Source of the DNA: Planctomycetota bacterium
GTDB lineage: Bacteria > Planctomycetota > UBA8108 > SXIK01
NCBI GenBank assembly: GCA_965223845.1
Contig: CBDCXR010000004.1
Location: forward strand, 1,312,001-1,376,000
Direction of reading: 5' to 3'
Length of the DNA: 64,000 nucleotides
Part shown: positions 8,680 through 19,508 of the stretch, piece after piece
How the letters are laid out: the number at the start of each line of letters is the position of its first letter
How positions within the stretch are numbered: position 1 is the stretch's first letter
The notes under the pieces: model-generated
What the model was told of the DNA's origin: nothing
Database searches by the model: none
What the model saw: the letters and a program-made list of their open reading frames with translations, nothing else
Translations under genes and position numbers: made by a program

Positions 8680-11088
8680 ATGCCTGTCTGTTACGCGTCC
8701 GCTCGTGTGCCGCGAGCGCGACGACCGAGAACGAGCCGCTCCCACTGCATCACTTGCACGTGGTGGACCCTCGCGTTCTTGATCGGTGCATCGACAACGC
8801 TCGCCGACGAGGGAAACGCGTCGGCGAAAGGCGGCGACGGCGACGCGAAGCCGTCTAGCGCTACCGAATCCGAAGATCCCGCAGAGCTTCCGGCCGGCCA
8901 CTCCGCTCACGGTGAAGCGTTCAACGAAGGGCCGCGTCAGAAGGCTTATTTGATGGGGACGACGGGACGCGTCCATTTCCCGGTCTCGACGGAGAACGAA
9001 GAGGCCCAAAGGTTCTTCGATCAGGGAGTCGGTCAACTCCACGGCTTCTGGTACTTCGAGGCCGAGCGCTCGTTCCGGCACGTCGTTTCCCTCGACCCCG
9101 AGTGCGCGATGGCGTACTGGGGACTCGCGATGGCGAACACGAACAACGAGAAGCGCGCGAAGGAGTTCATCGCCGAGGCGGTCAAGCGGCGCGAGCAGGC
9201 GAGCGAGCGCGAACGGCTGTGGATCGACGGCGCCGACCGCTACCTGAACTGGGAGGGAAAGGATCAGAAGAAGCGAAAGCGCGAGTACATCCGAAATCAC
9301 GAGGAGATCATTCACGAGTATCCCGAAGAGATCGAGGCGCGCGCATTTCTCTCCGTCCGGTTGTGGCAGTTCAACGGCGATCTCCCCATCACGAGCCACG
9401 AGGCCGTGGACGCGCTCCTCGCGCAAGTCTTCGCGAAGAACCCCGATCACCCCGCGCATCACTTTCGCATCCACCTTTGGGACTACGAGAAGCCGGAGCG
9501 CGCGCTAGAGTCCGCCGCCCGGTGCGGCCAGAGCTCGCCCGGGATCGCGCACATGTGGCACATGCCGGGGCACATATTTTCGCGCCTCAAGCGCTACGCC
9601 GACGCGGCGTGGCAACAGGAAGCGTCGGCGAGAACGGATCACGCGCACATGATGCGCGATCTCGTTCTCCCCGATCAGATCCACAACTACGCGCACAATA
9701 ACGAGTGGCTCATTCGCAACCTCATTCACGTGGGGCGAGCGTTCGACGCGCTCGATCTCGCGCTCAACATGACCGAGCTGCCGCGCCATCCGAAGTACAA
9801 CACCCTCTCGCGGCGTGGCCGGAGCGCGTCGTACGGAAGGCGGCGCCTCATCGAGGTGCTCGAGAAGTTCGAGCTGTGGGAGCGACTGCTCGCGCTCAGC
9901 TCGACCGCCTACTTCGAGCGAACGGACGACCACCGCGCGCGCCTCGCCTGGCATCGAGCGCGGGGTGGAGCGCTGTTCGAGCTCGGCCGCTTGGACGCGA
10001 TCGACGGTGAAGTCAGCGCGGTAGAGAGCCTCGAGAAGGAGATCATCGAGGAACGCGACGCGAAGGTGGAGGAGGCGCGGAAGAAGGCGGCCGACGAAGA
10101 AAAGAACGAGGAAGATACGAAGAAGGCGGAGAAGCGCGCGGCCGATCCGTTCAAGCGGCGCCTCGACGAGTGCGAGCGTGCACTCAAACAGCTTCGCGGG
10201 TACGCGATGTTTTTTCGCGCGAGTCCCGTCGCGGCGTTCGATCAATTGGCGAAGGCGGGAATTGACGACCGGCGAAAGCTCCGTCTCCTCCTTCGATTGA
10301 GTCGTCGCGAGGAAGCGCAGAAGCTCGCGCGGGAACGCGTCGAGAAACGCGAGGGCGAAGTCCTCCCGCTAGCGGATCTCTGTCACGTGCTCGCCGCATC
10401 CGGGCGCGACGACGAGGCCGCCGAGGTGTTCGCGAAGCTTCGTCCGCTCGCCGCTCGCGCCGACCTCGACGTCCGGCCGTTCGCGCGGCTGGAGCCGATT
10501 CAGAAGGCGCTCGGGTTGCCGGACGACTGGCGCGAGATCCTCTCGCCTCCGGCCGACATCGGCGAACGTCCCGCGCTCGACGACCTCGGTCCCTTCCGCT
10601 GGGCACCACCCGTCGCGCCCGAGTGGACGCTCGAGGGACGACTCGGTCAGAGAGTTTCGCTCGCGGACTACAACGGACGGGCCGTCGTGGTGATCTTTTA
10701 TCTCGGAGCCGGCTGTCTCCACTGCGTCGAACAACTCGACCACTTCGCGCCGAAGACCGAAGAGTTTCGTCGGGCGGGTCTCGACCTCGTCGCGATCAGC
10801 ACCGAGGATGTCCCGACGCTCACGAAGGCGCTCGTCAGCTTCGAAGAGGCGGGAAAGAACATCCCGTTTCCGCTCGTCGCGAACGGTTCGCTCGACGTGT
10901 TCAAGGCCTACCGCTGCTACGACGACTTCGAGAAGGTTCCGCTGCATGGCACGTTTCTCATCGATGCGGCGAAGCGGATCCGCTGGCACGACATCAGCTA
11001 CGAGCCGTTCGACGATCCCGACTTCGTAATCGAGGAAGCGACGCGGCTCCTCGGCGAGCCGGAGGCGACGGCGGCCGGAGTGTTCTGA
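8680..11088 (+). CDS. Secreted TPR protein with C-terminal redoxin (AhpC/TSA) domain
   Basis: Signal-like N-terminus; AQRFFDQGVGQLHGFWYFEAERSF, HMWHMPGHIF; C-terminal FYLGAGCLHCVEQ and HGTFLID; AGGAGG RBS. Confidence 0.75.
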   Translation: MPVCYASARVPRARRPRTSRSHCITCTWWTLAFLIGASTTLADEGNASAKGGDGDAKPSSATESEDPAELPAGHSAHGEAFNEGPRQKAYLMGTTGRVHFPVSTENEEAQRFFDQGVGQLHGFWYFEAERSFRHVVSLDPECAMAYWGLAMANTNNEKRAKEFIAEAVKRREQASERERLWIDGADRYLNWEGKDQKKRKREYIRNHEEIIHEYPEEIEARAFLSVRLWQFNGDLPITSHEAVDALLAQVFAKNPDHPAHHFRIHLWDYEKPERALESAARCGQSSPGIAHMWHMPGHIFSRLKRYADAAWQQEASARTDHAHMMRDLVLPDQIHNYAHNNEWLIRNLIHVGRAFDALDLALNMTELPRHPKYNTLSRRGRSASYGRRRLIEVLEKFELWERLLALSSTAYFERTDDHRARLAWHRARGGALFELGRLDAIDGEVSAVESLEKEIIEERDAKVEEARKKAADEEKNEEDTKKAEKRAADPFKRRLDECERALKQLRGYAMFFRASPVAAFDQLAKAGIDDRRKLRLLLRLSRREEAQKLARERVEKREGEVLPLADLCHVLAASGRDDEAAEVFAKLRPLAARADLDVRPFARLEPIQKALGLPDDWREILSPPADIGERPALDDLGPFRWAPPVAPEWTLEGRLGQRVSLADYNGRAVVVIFYLGAGCLHCVEQLDHFAPKTEEFRRAGLDLVAISTEDVPTLTKALVSFEEAGKNIPFPLVANGSLDVFKAYRCYDDFEKVPLHGTFLIDAAKRIRWHDISYEPFDDPDFVIEEATRLLGEPEATAAGVF

Positions 11089-11104
11089 CCGAGTCGGGCC
11101 GCGC

Positions 11105-12568
11105 TCAGTCGTCGAGTCCGAAGTACGCGAGGAGAAACGCGCGAAGGTCGTCCGACTGGACGAGGTGGACGACGTCGAGAAGTCTCTCGAGGTCTCGCCG
11201 CCGTTTGGCGGCGACTTCTTCGGGCTCGATCTCGTCGGGCTCGAGCCCCCGGACGAAGCGGTAGTGTTCGGGCTCTCCCGTCGGCTCGATGACGCCCAGC
11301 TTCTCGAGGGTCGTCGCGCAGGCTTCGGCCCGCCGATCGCCGCGGTTTCGGCCGGTGATCGTCTCGCGAAGGTCATCGACGGAAAGGCTGTGCCGCGGAT
11401 TTCGTTCGAAGGCGTGGGAGGCGTCGACGAGCAGATCGACCGAAGGGTTGAGCCACTCGACGAACTCCTGCTGGATCGCGAGGTCCGCCTCGTCGTAGAG
11501 AAGGACACATGACGACGGCTCGCCGTCACGTCCGGCGCGTCCGACTTCTTGGTAGTACGCCTCGACGGACCCGGGCACTTGTGCGTGCACGATGAAGCGA
11601 ATGTCCGGCTTGTCGACACCCATCCCGAACGCGTTGGTCGCGAGGAGAAGAAGGCGCTCGTCGGGGCGGGCCGCGGAAAACCGATCGTAAACGCGCTTCT
11701 TTTCCCGCGGATCGAGCTGGCCGTGGTAGATCTCGACGCGCTGGGAGCCGTGGGAACGCCGGAGGTCGACGGCCATCTCCTCGAGCGTTTTGATCAGCGT
11801 GAAGTAGACGATGCCCGTCCCGGGATTCTCGTCCGCAATCGACTCGATCGCCTCGCGCTTGTCTTCGCTCTTCCACACGGGCTGGACGCGAAAGTCGAGA
11901 TTCGGCCGGTCGATCCCCGTTGCGAACACGGGAGTCGAGTCGGCGTCGAGGCGAAGAGTCGCGAGAATCTCGCTCCTCACCGCGGCAGTCGCCGTCGCGG
12001 TCAGAGCGACCGTCGGGGGATCGCCGACGCGCGCGCGGAACGATCCGACCTCGTGGTACGCGGGGCGAAAATCGTGACCCCACTTCGCGATGCAGTGCGC
12101 CTCGTCCACGGCGAGAAGTTTCACTCCGCCCGGGACGCGGTCGAGCGCAGCCACGAAGTCCTCCTTGTACATGCGCTCGGGCGTCGCGTAGATGAGCTCG
12201 TACTCGCCGGCCGCGAGTTTTTCGTAGCGCCGAACTCTCTCCTTCCGATCGAGAGTGCTGTTTACAAACTCCGCGTGAATCCCGCGGCGCCGGAGCGAGG
12301 CGACCTGGTCTTCCATGAGCGCGATCAGCGGACTGAAGACGAGCGTCGTCCCTATGCTCGGCATGGCGAGCGCCGGGAGCTGGTAGCAGAGGCTCTTTCC
12401 CGAGCCGGTCGGGAGAACGACGAGCGCCGAGTCGCCGCCGAGGAGAGTCTGGACGACGCGCGCCTGGACCGGATAGAGCCGCTCGAGGCCGAAGCGCTCG
12501 CGAAGAAGCGCGTGCGCCTCTTCCGGAATGCGCGGCTCGGCGCCCGGTCGAGCCTCAGGAGTCGTCAT
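11105..12568 (-). CDS. recQ: RecQ family ATP-dependent DNA helicase (short form, no HRDC domain evident)
   Basis: PTGSGKSLCYQLP, VDEAHCIAKWGHDFRP, TATAT, ATNAFGMGVDKPDIR, YYQEVGRAGRDG. Confidence 0.9.
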   Translation of the reverse strand: MTTPEARPGAEPRIPEEAHALLRERFGLERLYPVQARVVQTLLGGDSALVVLPTGSGKSLCYQLPALAMPSIGTTLVFSPLIALMEDQVASLRRRGIHAEFVNSTLDRKERVRRYEKLAAGEYELIYATPERMYKEDFVAALDRVPGGVKLLAVDEAHCIAKWGHDFRPAYHEVGSFRARVGDPPTVALTATATAAVRSEILATLRLDADSTPVFATGIDRPNLDFRVQPVWKSEDKREAIESIADENPGTGIVYFTLIKTLEEMAVDLRRSHGSQRVEIYHGQLDPREKKRVYDRFSAARPDERLLLLATNAFGMGVDKPDIRFIVHAQVPGSVEAYYQEVGRAGRDGEPSSCVLLYDEADLAIQQEFVEWLNPSVDLLVDASHAFERNPRHSLSVDDLRETITGRNRGDRRAEACATTLEKLGVIEPTGEPEHYRFVRGLEPDEIEPEEVAAKRRRDLERLLDVVHLVQSDDLRAFLLAYFGLDD

Positions 12569-14162
12569 CGCGCTCCTCGAGCTCGGCATCGGACTCGCCG
12601 TCCGGCCGCTGCGGCTCGCCGCGACGCTCGTGGACCTCGAGGAGCAGAGTCTTCGCGATCGTCTTCGCGCTCATGGTCCACGCGAGAAGCGAATCTACGT
12701 CCTTCGTATCAGCGCGGTCGACGAAGACGACCCGCCGTTCTCGCCGGAGAACGACACTCTCGACTCCTTGTTCTCGCCATCGCCTGTCACCGTCGCCGCG
12801 GGAGACGACGCTCCGATCGCCGGCGTAGAGAGTGACGAGCGCGTCTGCGAATTGAGACGCATCTCCCGGAGTGTCCCACTCGGTCGTCCAGAGGAGAAGC
12901 GTCCGGGGCGGCTCGGGTTCTCCTTCGGGAGTGGCTTCCCCGGCGTCGCCGGCGCCGTCGACCGATTCGTCGAGCGGCGCCCCCTTCGCGTAGATCCGAT
13001 ACGAGTCCCCGTCCCATCCCGCGGCGGCCGTGCCGCTCCGGGGACGGTGGAGCTTCGGTCGAAAGAGGATTTCGATTCCGAGTTCGCCCAAGCAGTTCTC
13101 TTCGGCAAGACGCCATTCGTTCGGATCGAGGGGAGGCGGAGACGGATAGGAGAACGCGACGGGATCGTCGCGCGTCTCCGGAAGATACTTCTCGGGGTGG
13201 AGGATCTGCTCCGTACTGAGCGGTGGGACGCGGAACGCAGCGTCGATGCGAGACCATGTGCCGTTGCGTCCCAGCTCCGCACAAAACGTAAACCCGGACA
13301 CGTACGGAAAGATGAGCGTCTCGCGGAGGATGAGCGGGGCTCGGCGAAACGCCGAACCTCCAGCGAACGCGGCTCCGAGGTTCATCGTCATCGCCATCGC
13401 GATTCCGATCACCGGCGCTCCTTCGAGAAACTCACGCGGATCGGGAACGTCCGACGCACCCATCAGCATCACGAGCATCGCCTCGCCCTCGACGAGCGCC
13501 GCGTAGGCGAGCGACATATCGTCGTCCGATCGGAGAGACTCGCCCGTCGAGTGGAGGTCGAAGTGCTGATCCGCCAGTGCGTGCGCCATCTCGTGGACGA
13601 GGACGGCCTTCTCCTCCTCCGGGTCGAACGTCGAGTCGGATCCGAAGAGGCGGTCGAAGAAGGACTTCTTCTTCGTGTCCGCTTCGATCGATCTGGCGAT
13701 CAGGTAGAGCCGCTTCGTATCGGGGTCGTAGAATCCCGCGATCTCGCTCGTCATCAGCTCGAGCATCGTCACCGCTAGATCGAATCCCGGCGGACAGAAG
13801 CCAAAGTGAACGAGAGCGAGATTGGCGGCCTCGATGTCTTCCGGCGGCAGCTCCCGGTCGAGCGTCCGGGCGAGATACGCCCCGAGATCGGACTCCGTCA
13901 TGTACTCGACGCGAAGCGGCTCGCGGAACTCGAGCCCCCGCCAGCGCGGAAGCTTGCGCACGTAGGCCTCTTTCCAGCGCTCGAGAGCCGCTTCGAAGTC
14001 TCCAGCGTCCGCGAGATCGTCGCCAGCGCGAAGAATCTCGCTCGGAGTCGCTCCCGCGTCCGGATCGGTCGCGGGCGGGAGGTCCTCGGCCACCGCGGTC
14101 GAGCCACACGTCGAGACGAGAAGCGCGATTGTGAGAATCCTGCGGAACAGCGAATGAGCCAC
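12555..14162 (-). CDS. Secreted zincin-like metallopeptidase (DUF6782-like)
   Basis: Signal peptide; IAGFYDP, HEMAHALADQHF (HExxH), ALVEGEA, FPYVSG, PPLSTEQILHP, AAAGWDGD; GGGAG RBS before GTG 14162. Confidence 0.7.
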   Translation of the reverse strand: MAHSLFRRILTIALLVSTCGSTAVAEDLPPATDPDAGATPSEILRAGDDLADAGDFEAALERWKEAYVRKLPRWRGLEFREPLRVEYMTESDLGAYLARTLDRELPPEDIEAANLALVHFGFCPPGFDLAVTMLELMTSEIAGFYDPDTKRLYLIARSIEADTKKKSFFDRLFGSDSTFDPEEEKAVLVHEMAHALADQHFDLHSTGESLRSDDDMSLAYAALVEGEAMLVMLMGASDVPDPREFLEGAPVIGIAMAMTMNLGAAFAGGSAFRRAPLILRETLIFPYVSGFTFCAELGRNGTWSRIDAAFRVPPLSTEQILHPEKYLPETRDDPVAFSYPSPPPLDPNEWRLAEENCLGELGIEILFRPKLHRPRSGTAAAGWDGDSYRIYAKGAPLDESVDGAGDAGEATPEGEPEPPRTLLLWTTEWDTPGDASQFADALVTLYAGDRSVVSRGDGDRRWREQGVESVVLRRERRVVFVDRADTKDVDSLLAWTMSAKTIAKTLLLEVHERRGEPQRPDGESDAELEERDDDS

Positions 14163-14435
14163 GACGAACTCCCGGCACGGGTCGGCGGTCGGTGGAACGA
14201 TCACCCGAGACCGACTCGGGTGGCACGCAATGATTCTACCGAACCGCCGTCGACTTTCCCGGCGGCGGCGAGCGCGTGCCAGGTCTTTTTTCTGTCGCGC
14301 GTCCGGGGGCTCTGGTAGGCTTCGCCGCCCGCCGAAACATCCCCGGCCGAGACGCGGCGTTTGAATTCTGGCGTTCACAGTCGCGTCCAACTGAAGCCTG
14401 CCCTCGCTGCCTTTTTCACGATCCGGAGTGTACGC

Positions 14436-15578
14436 ATGGATTTCTCGAGACGGACTCTTTCTTTCGCGATCCTTCTTCTGATTTCGTTCGCATCGGTCGG
14501 CCCGGCGTTCGCGCAGGATTCAGCCGAAGAAGGAGAGAAGGCGGCCGCGACGGCACCCGCGAAAGATCCCAAGGCCCCGGACGCCACCAAGAAGCCGCCG
14601 CGGCGAGTCGCCGCCGCGCACATCGTGATCTCCTACCAGGGCGCGCCGCGTGCCTTTCCTGGAATCACTCGAACGAAGGAAGAAGCACGAGCGCGAGCCG
14701 AAGAGGCGCTCAAGGCGGCGCGCGCTCCCGAGGCCGTGTTCAAAGACGTCGTCGCGAAGTTCACCGACGATCCGAACGGCGGGGCGAACGGCGGAATGAT
14801 CGGAATCATGCGGCGCCGGCAGCTCAGCGGGCCGTTCGAGGCGCTGGGAGCTGCGCTCTTCTCGATGGAGGAGGGGCAAGTCTCGGACATCGTCGAATCC
14901 CCGTTTGGCTTTCACGTGCTTACGAGGACAAAGATCGTCGAGTTCGCTGCGTCCCATATCCTGATCCAGCACGAGGAATCGAAACGATCGCGATCGAGCC
15001 GCACGAAGGAGGACGCGCGCAAGTTCGCCGAGGAACTCTCCGCCCAGGCGAAAGCAGACGGAGCGGATTTCGCGGCCCTCGCGCGGAAGCACTCGGATGG
15101 ACCGAGCGCCCCCAAGGGCGGCTCCCTGGGAATCTTCTCCGCGGGGCAGATGGTCCCGCCGTTCGAGAGCGCGCTCCGCGAGCTCAAGGTGGGTGAGGTC
15201 AGCGGCGTCGTCGAAACTCAGTTCGGATTTCACATCATTCGTCGAGACGCGATCGAGCGCGTCGGCGCGAGCCACATCCTCATTCAGTACAAGGGGTCGT
15301 CCCGAGCCGACGCGAGCGTGACTCGGACGAAGGACGAAGCCAAGGCGCTCGCGGAGAAGCTCGTCGCCCAAGCGAAGGCGGAGGGAGCAGATTTCGCCGC
15401 GCTCGCGCGAGAGCATTCGAACGGCCCCTCGGGACCCGACGGTGGCGACCTCGGCCTCTTCGGCAAGGGGGCGATGACGCCGCCGTTCGAGAAGGCCGCC
15501 TTCGCGCTCAAGGTTGGCGAGGTGTCGGGCGTCGTCGAGACGAGCTTCGGATTCCACATCATCCTTCGCACGGAGTGA
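14436..15578 (+). CDS. Periplasmic peptidyl-prolyl isomerase with three parvulin (rotamase) domains
   Basis: Signal peptide; three repeats of ASHILI...RTKEEA...FAALAR.HS.GPS...GG.LG.F..G.M...FE.A...[17 protein letters not shown]. Confidence 0.9.
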   Translation: MDFSRRTLSFAILLLISFASVGPAFAQDSAEEGEKAAATAPAKDPKAPDATKKPPRRVAAAHIVISYQGAPRAFPGITRTKEEARARAEEALKAARAPEAVFKDVVAKFTDDPNGGANGGMIGIMRRRQLSGPFEALGAALFSMEEGQVSDIVESPFGFHVLTRTKIVEFAASHILIQHEESKRSRSSRTKEDARKFAEELSAQAKADGADFAALARKHSDGPSAPKGGSLGIFSAGQMVPPFESALRELKVGEVSGVVETQFGFHIIRRDAIERVGASHILIQYKGSSRADASVTRTKDEAKALAEKLVAQAKAEGADFAALAREHSNGPSGPDGGDLGLFGKGAMTPPFEKAAFALKVGEVSGVVETSFGFHIILRTE

Positions 15579-15717
15579 GCTCCGGCGCGGCGGGGTATGT
15601 GGCGAACGGTGTGGACGCCGATCGGACGAACCGGACTTCGGGCCGAGTTCTCCGATTCGGGGCGGTCGAGGATTCTCTATCGACCGGGAACCCATGGGGT
15701 AAGATAGGCGTTCATCG

Positions 15718-15745
15718 GTAAGTCGAGTGCCGTTCGGGACATCTT
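15718..15745 (+). promoter_or_regulatory. Candidate ECF-sigma promoter GTAAG-N17-CATCTT
   Basis: About 110 bp upstream of the CotH gene; same spacing as the sites at 22819 and 52074. Confidence 0.35.
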
Positions 15746-15852
15746 CGCCGCGAGGGTGTCCGAGGTCCGGACGTCACCCTGCGAGCCTCGGCCGGGGGGT
15801 CGCGAATCGCGGGAGCCGTAGCGTTACCTCAATGACGACGGGGAAGGGTCCA

Positions 15853-18800
15853 ATGAAGCGTCGCTCCGCATGGCTGGTTCTAGCGTTTCTCGTCTGCCGA
15901 CTGGGAACCGCCGATACACTCGTCATCACTGAATTCATGGCGATCAACGAAGATCGCATCGTGGACGAAGACGGCGAGTACCGCGATTGGGTCGAGATCT
16001 ATAACTACGGCGAGGCCCCGGTCGATCTCGAGGGCTGGGCGCTGACCGACGACGAGGAAGTTCTCGACAAGTGGAAGTTCCCCGCCGGTCGCTCGCTCGC
16101 GCCGGGCGAGTTTCTGGTCGTGTTCGCCTCCGGAAAGTGGCGCGACGGCGAAGAGCTCCACACGAACTTCAAGCTCTCGAAGGGTGGCGAGTACCTGGCT
16201 CTCGTGGCACCCGACGGCGTGACGAAGACGTCGGAATACACCCCAGAGTATCCGCGGCAAGTTCCCTTCGCGTCCTTCGGCGTCGAGATGGGGACGTCGA
16301 TCGGGATCGTCGGGACGGTCACGCCCGCTCGCTACCTTGTCCCCGCGGACGACAGCGTCGACGCGACCTGGACCTCGATGGACTTCGATGACGGGGCGTG
16401 GAAACAGGGCTCGACCCCTCTCGGGTACGACCGCAAGTCGCGGGAGACGTACTCCGCGAGCATCATGACGGACGTCAGCGAAGATCTCGACCGCGTCAAC
16501 TCGACGCTCTACGTGCGCATTCCCTTCGAAGCGACGGGTCTCACGGGGCTTGCATCGCTCCTCCTCAACGTGCGCTACGACGATGGTTTCGTCGCCTATC
16601 TCAACGGCACGGAGATCGCACGGCGGAACGCTCCCGACACGCTGAATTGGGAATCCCGAGCCGACTCGACTCATTCCGATGTCCTCGGCGTGATCCCCGA
16701 GGAGATCGACGTCTCGGAGCACGTCGGTCTTATCCGCGAGGGCGAGAACGTGCTCGCGTTCCACGCGCTCAATCGGAGCTCGGGGAACTCCGACTTTTTC
16801 ATCGCGCCGGAGCTGGAAGGCATCATCGCGACCGACGATCTCCGCATCGACAAATTCGCCTATCTGCCGAATCCGAGCCCCGGGCGACTCAACGGGAGCG
16901 GCTTCCCCGAGATCTCGGAAGATCCCGAGTTCGAGCGGAAGAGCTCGGCATTCGCCGAAGATTTTGGGCTCGTTCTCTCGGCCGCCGAAGGCGCCGAGAT
17001 CCGCTACACGCTCGACGGGTCGGTGCCGGCGGAGTTTTCGCCGCTCTACTCCGGACCGATCACGATCGACGGAACCACGACCGTCCGTGCGCGCACCTAC
17101 GCCGCCGGAAAGCTGGCGAGCGACATCGTCTCACACACCTACATGAAGCTCGCTCCGTCGATCGTCCAGCGCTCCTCGAATCTCCCTCTCGTCCTCGTCA
17201 ATACGTTCGGCGTTCGCCCGTCGAACAACGGTCAGTGGGTGCGCGGCCAGATCGTCGTCATCGATCTCGACACCGACGGTCGATCGAAGATCACCTCCGA
17301 GGCGCAGTTCATCGGAAACTGCGCCGTCAAGGTGCGGGGATCGAGCACGGGTGGGCGCACCAAGTTCTCGATGAACCTCGAGATTCGCGACGAGGAAGGC
17401 GAGGACCTGGACGTCGAGCTGCTCGGCTTCCCCGAGGAATCCGACTACGTGCTCTACGGCGCGCTCAACTTCGACCGGGCGCTGATCCGGAACCCGCTCA
17501 TGTACGAGCTCAGCAACCAAGTGGGTCGCTACGCGGTGCGGACGAAGTTCATCGAGCTGTTCATGAACATGAACAACCAGGATCTCGCCAACGGCCATTA
17601 CTACGGAGTGTACTCGTTCTGCGAGCGGATCAAGCGCGGCCCCGACCGCGTCGACATCGCGCCGCTCCCGCGTGACGCTCTCGAGGAGCCGGAAGTGACG
17701 GGCGGATACATGATGAAGATTGACCGACTCGATCCGGGCGATCGAGGCTTTCCGGGCGGCGGCCGGACTCTCGGTCACGTGGAGCCGAAGGAGACCGAGA
17801 TCGCGCCGGCGCAGCGCGCGTACATCTCCGGCTACGTCACGCAGATGGTCAATTCGCTCCGCACTCGAAACTACGAAGAGTTCATCGACGTCGGCTCGTG
17901 GATCGACCACCACATTCTGAACGTGCTCGCAAACAACGTCGACGCGCTTCGACTCAGCACCTATATGTTCAAGGACCGCGAAGGCAAGTACGAGTACGGC
18001 CCGATCTGGGACTTCGACCGATCGATCAATTCGACGGACGGCCGTGACGACAACCCTCGCGCGTGGCACGGGACCGGCGACGCAACGCGCTTCTTCGAGT
18101 ACCCCTGGTGGGTGGACCTCTTCCGCCATCAGGAGTTCATGCGTGCGTACCAGCTTCGCTGGAAGGAGCTGCGCGGTGGGGCGCTTTCGACCGAGAACGT
18201 CGACGCGGTGATCGACCGCATGGCCGCGGAGCTCACCGAGTCGCAGCCGCGCGAGGCAGCACGGTGGAACCAGACGAATCATGCGGGCTGGCTCCGAGAG
18301 ATCGCCGCGATGAAGTCTTGGTTGGCTCAGCGGTCGGCCTGGATCGATTCTCAGTTCATCATCCCGCCGGAGTTCGATCGCGAGAGCGGGGACGTCGAGC
18401 GAGGCGCTCTCCTCACGATCACGGGAGACGAGGGCGTGATCTACTACACCACCGACGGAAGCGACCCGAGGGGACCGGGAAGTCGGCCCGCCGAATCAGC
18501 GATCGAGTACACCGAGCCCGTCGTCATCGACCGTACCATGTGGGTTCGAGCGCGCTCGCTCATCGGGACACGCACTTGGAGCGACGTTACGGACGGGACG
18601 TATGTCGTCGATCCGATCTCCATCGCGATCACGGAGTTCATGTACCGACCCCTCGGCGCGGATCCGGGCAAGCCGTTCAGTCGTACGGACTACGAGTGGA
18701 TCGAGCTTCTCAACACCGGAACGACCCCGCTCGACGCCGTGCCGCTCGCGTTTCCCGGGAGTCCCGTTCGGTTCTCTTTCGCGGAGAACAGCGACGTGAC

Positions 18801-19407
18801 GACGATCGCTCCGGGCGAGTACGTGGTCATCGCCCGCGACACCGAGGCCTTCATCGACCGCCACGGCGACGCCGCGAAGGTCGTCGGCAACTTCGAGACT
18901 GGGTCGCTGAGCGATTCGGGAGAGACGATCGAGCTTGTCTACGGCGATTTGACGGTGATCGAATTTCGCTACGAGGACGACTGGCACCCGACGACCGACG
19001 GGGACGGCTACTCGCTCACGCTCGTCGATCCGAGCACGCCGGTCGCCCAGCTCGAAGACGCGGCGAGCTGGCGGGCGAGCTCGGCCGTAGGCGGGAGCCC
19101 CGGTCGACCGGATGGCGACGCGCCCACCGGTGGTCTGCAGAAGCCGGGCGACTTCAGCCAGGACGGGAAGCTGAGCGTCACGGATCCCATCCTTCTTCTC
19201 CGCAATCTGTTCTCCGGACAGGGAACTCGACCGTGCGCGACCGACGCCGGCAACGTTGCCCTTCTCGACGTGAACGGCGATGCGTCGCTCGACGTCGCCG
19301 ACGCGGTGTTTACGCTGCAGTATCTCTTCCAGCGCGGAGACGCACCTGCGCGCGGCGCGGCGTGCGTGATGACGGTCGGCTGCGAGAACGCGTGTGCGAC
19401 GCCGTAG
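15853..19407 (+). CDS. Secreted lamin-tail / CotH kinase / chitobiase-Fn3-like / lamin-tail / dockerin-like protein
   Basis: VITEFMA.N...DWVEIYN (LTD); RYTLDGSVP; VRGSST, LIRN, GPIWDFDRS (CotH); C-terminal GDFSQDGKLSVTD...DVNGDASLDVADA..LQYLF. Confidence 0.85.
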   Translation: MKRRSAWLVLAFLVCRLGTADTLVITEFMAINEDRIVDEDGEYRDWVEIYNYGEAPVDLEGWALTDDEEVLDKWKFPAGRSLAPGEFLVVFASGKWRDGEELHTNFKLSKGGEYLALVAPDGVTKTSEYTPEYPRQVPFASFGVEMGTSIGIVGTVTPARYLVPADDSVDATWTSMDFDDGAWKQGSTPLGYDRKSRETYSASIMTDVSEDLDRVNSTLYVRIPFEATGLTGLASLLLNVRYDDGFVAYLNGTEIARRNAPDTLNWESRADSTHSDVLGVIPEEIDVSEHVGLIREGENVLAFHALNRSSGNSDFFIAPELEGIIATDDLRIDKFAYLPNPSPGRLNGSGFPEISEDPEFERKSSAFAEDFGLVLSAAEGAEIRYTLDGSVPAEFSPLYSGPITIDGTTTVRARTYAAGKLASDIVSHTYMKLAPSIVQRSSNLPLVLVNTFGVRPSNNGQWVRGQIVVIDLDTDGRSKITSEAQFIGNCAVKVRGSSTGGRTKFSMNLEIRDEEGEDLDVELLGFPEESDYVLYGALNFDRALIRNPLMYELSNQVGRYAVRTKFIELFMNMNNQDLANGHYYGVYSFCERIKRGPDRVDIAPLPRDALEEPEVTGGYMMKIDRLDPGDRGFPGGGRTLGHVEPKETEIAPAQRAYISGYVTQMVNSLRTRNYEEFIDVGSWIDHHILNVLANNVDALRLSTYMFKDREGKYEYGPIWDFDRSINSTDGRDDNPRAWHGTGDATRFFEYPWWVDLFRHQEFMRAYQLRWKELRGGALSTENVDAVIDRMAAELTESQPREAARWNQTNHAGWLREIAAMKSWLAQRSAWIDSQFIIPPEFDRESGDVERGALLTITGDEGVIYYTTDGSDPRGPGSRPAESAIEYTEPVVIDRTMWVRARSLIGTRTWSDVTDGTYVVDPISIAITEFMYRPLGADPGKPFSRTDYEWIELLNTGTTPLDAVPLAFPGSPVRFSFAENSDVTTIAPGEYVVIARDTEAFIDRHGDAAKVVGNFETGSLSDSGETIELVYGDLTVIEFRYEDDWHPTTDGDGYSLTLVDPSTPVAQLEDAASWRASSAVGGSPGRPDGDAPTGGLQKPGDFSQDGKLSVTDPILLLRNLFSGQGTRPCATDAGNVALLDVNGDASLDVADAVFTLQYLFQRGDAPARGAACVMTVGCENACATP

Positions 19408-19508
19408 AAGCGCGCTCGACCCCACGGGGCCGCGTTTCGGCGTCGCGCCGTCCGATTTCCGAAGGACCCAGACGGGGCTGAGGCCGCGCTGAGGCCGGGG
19501 CCCCACGC

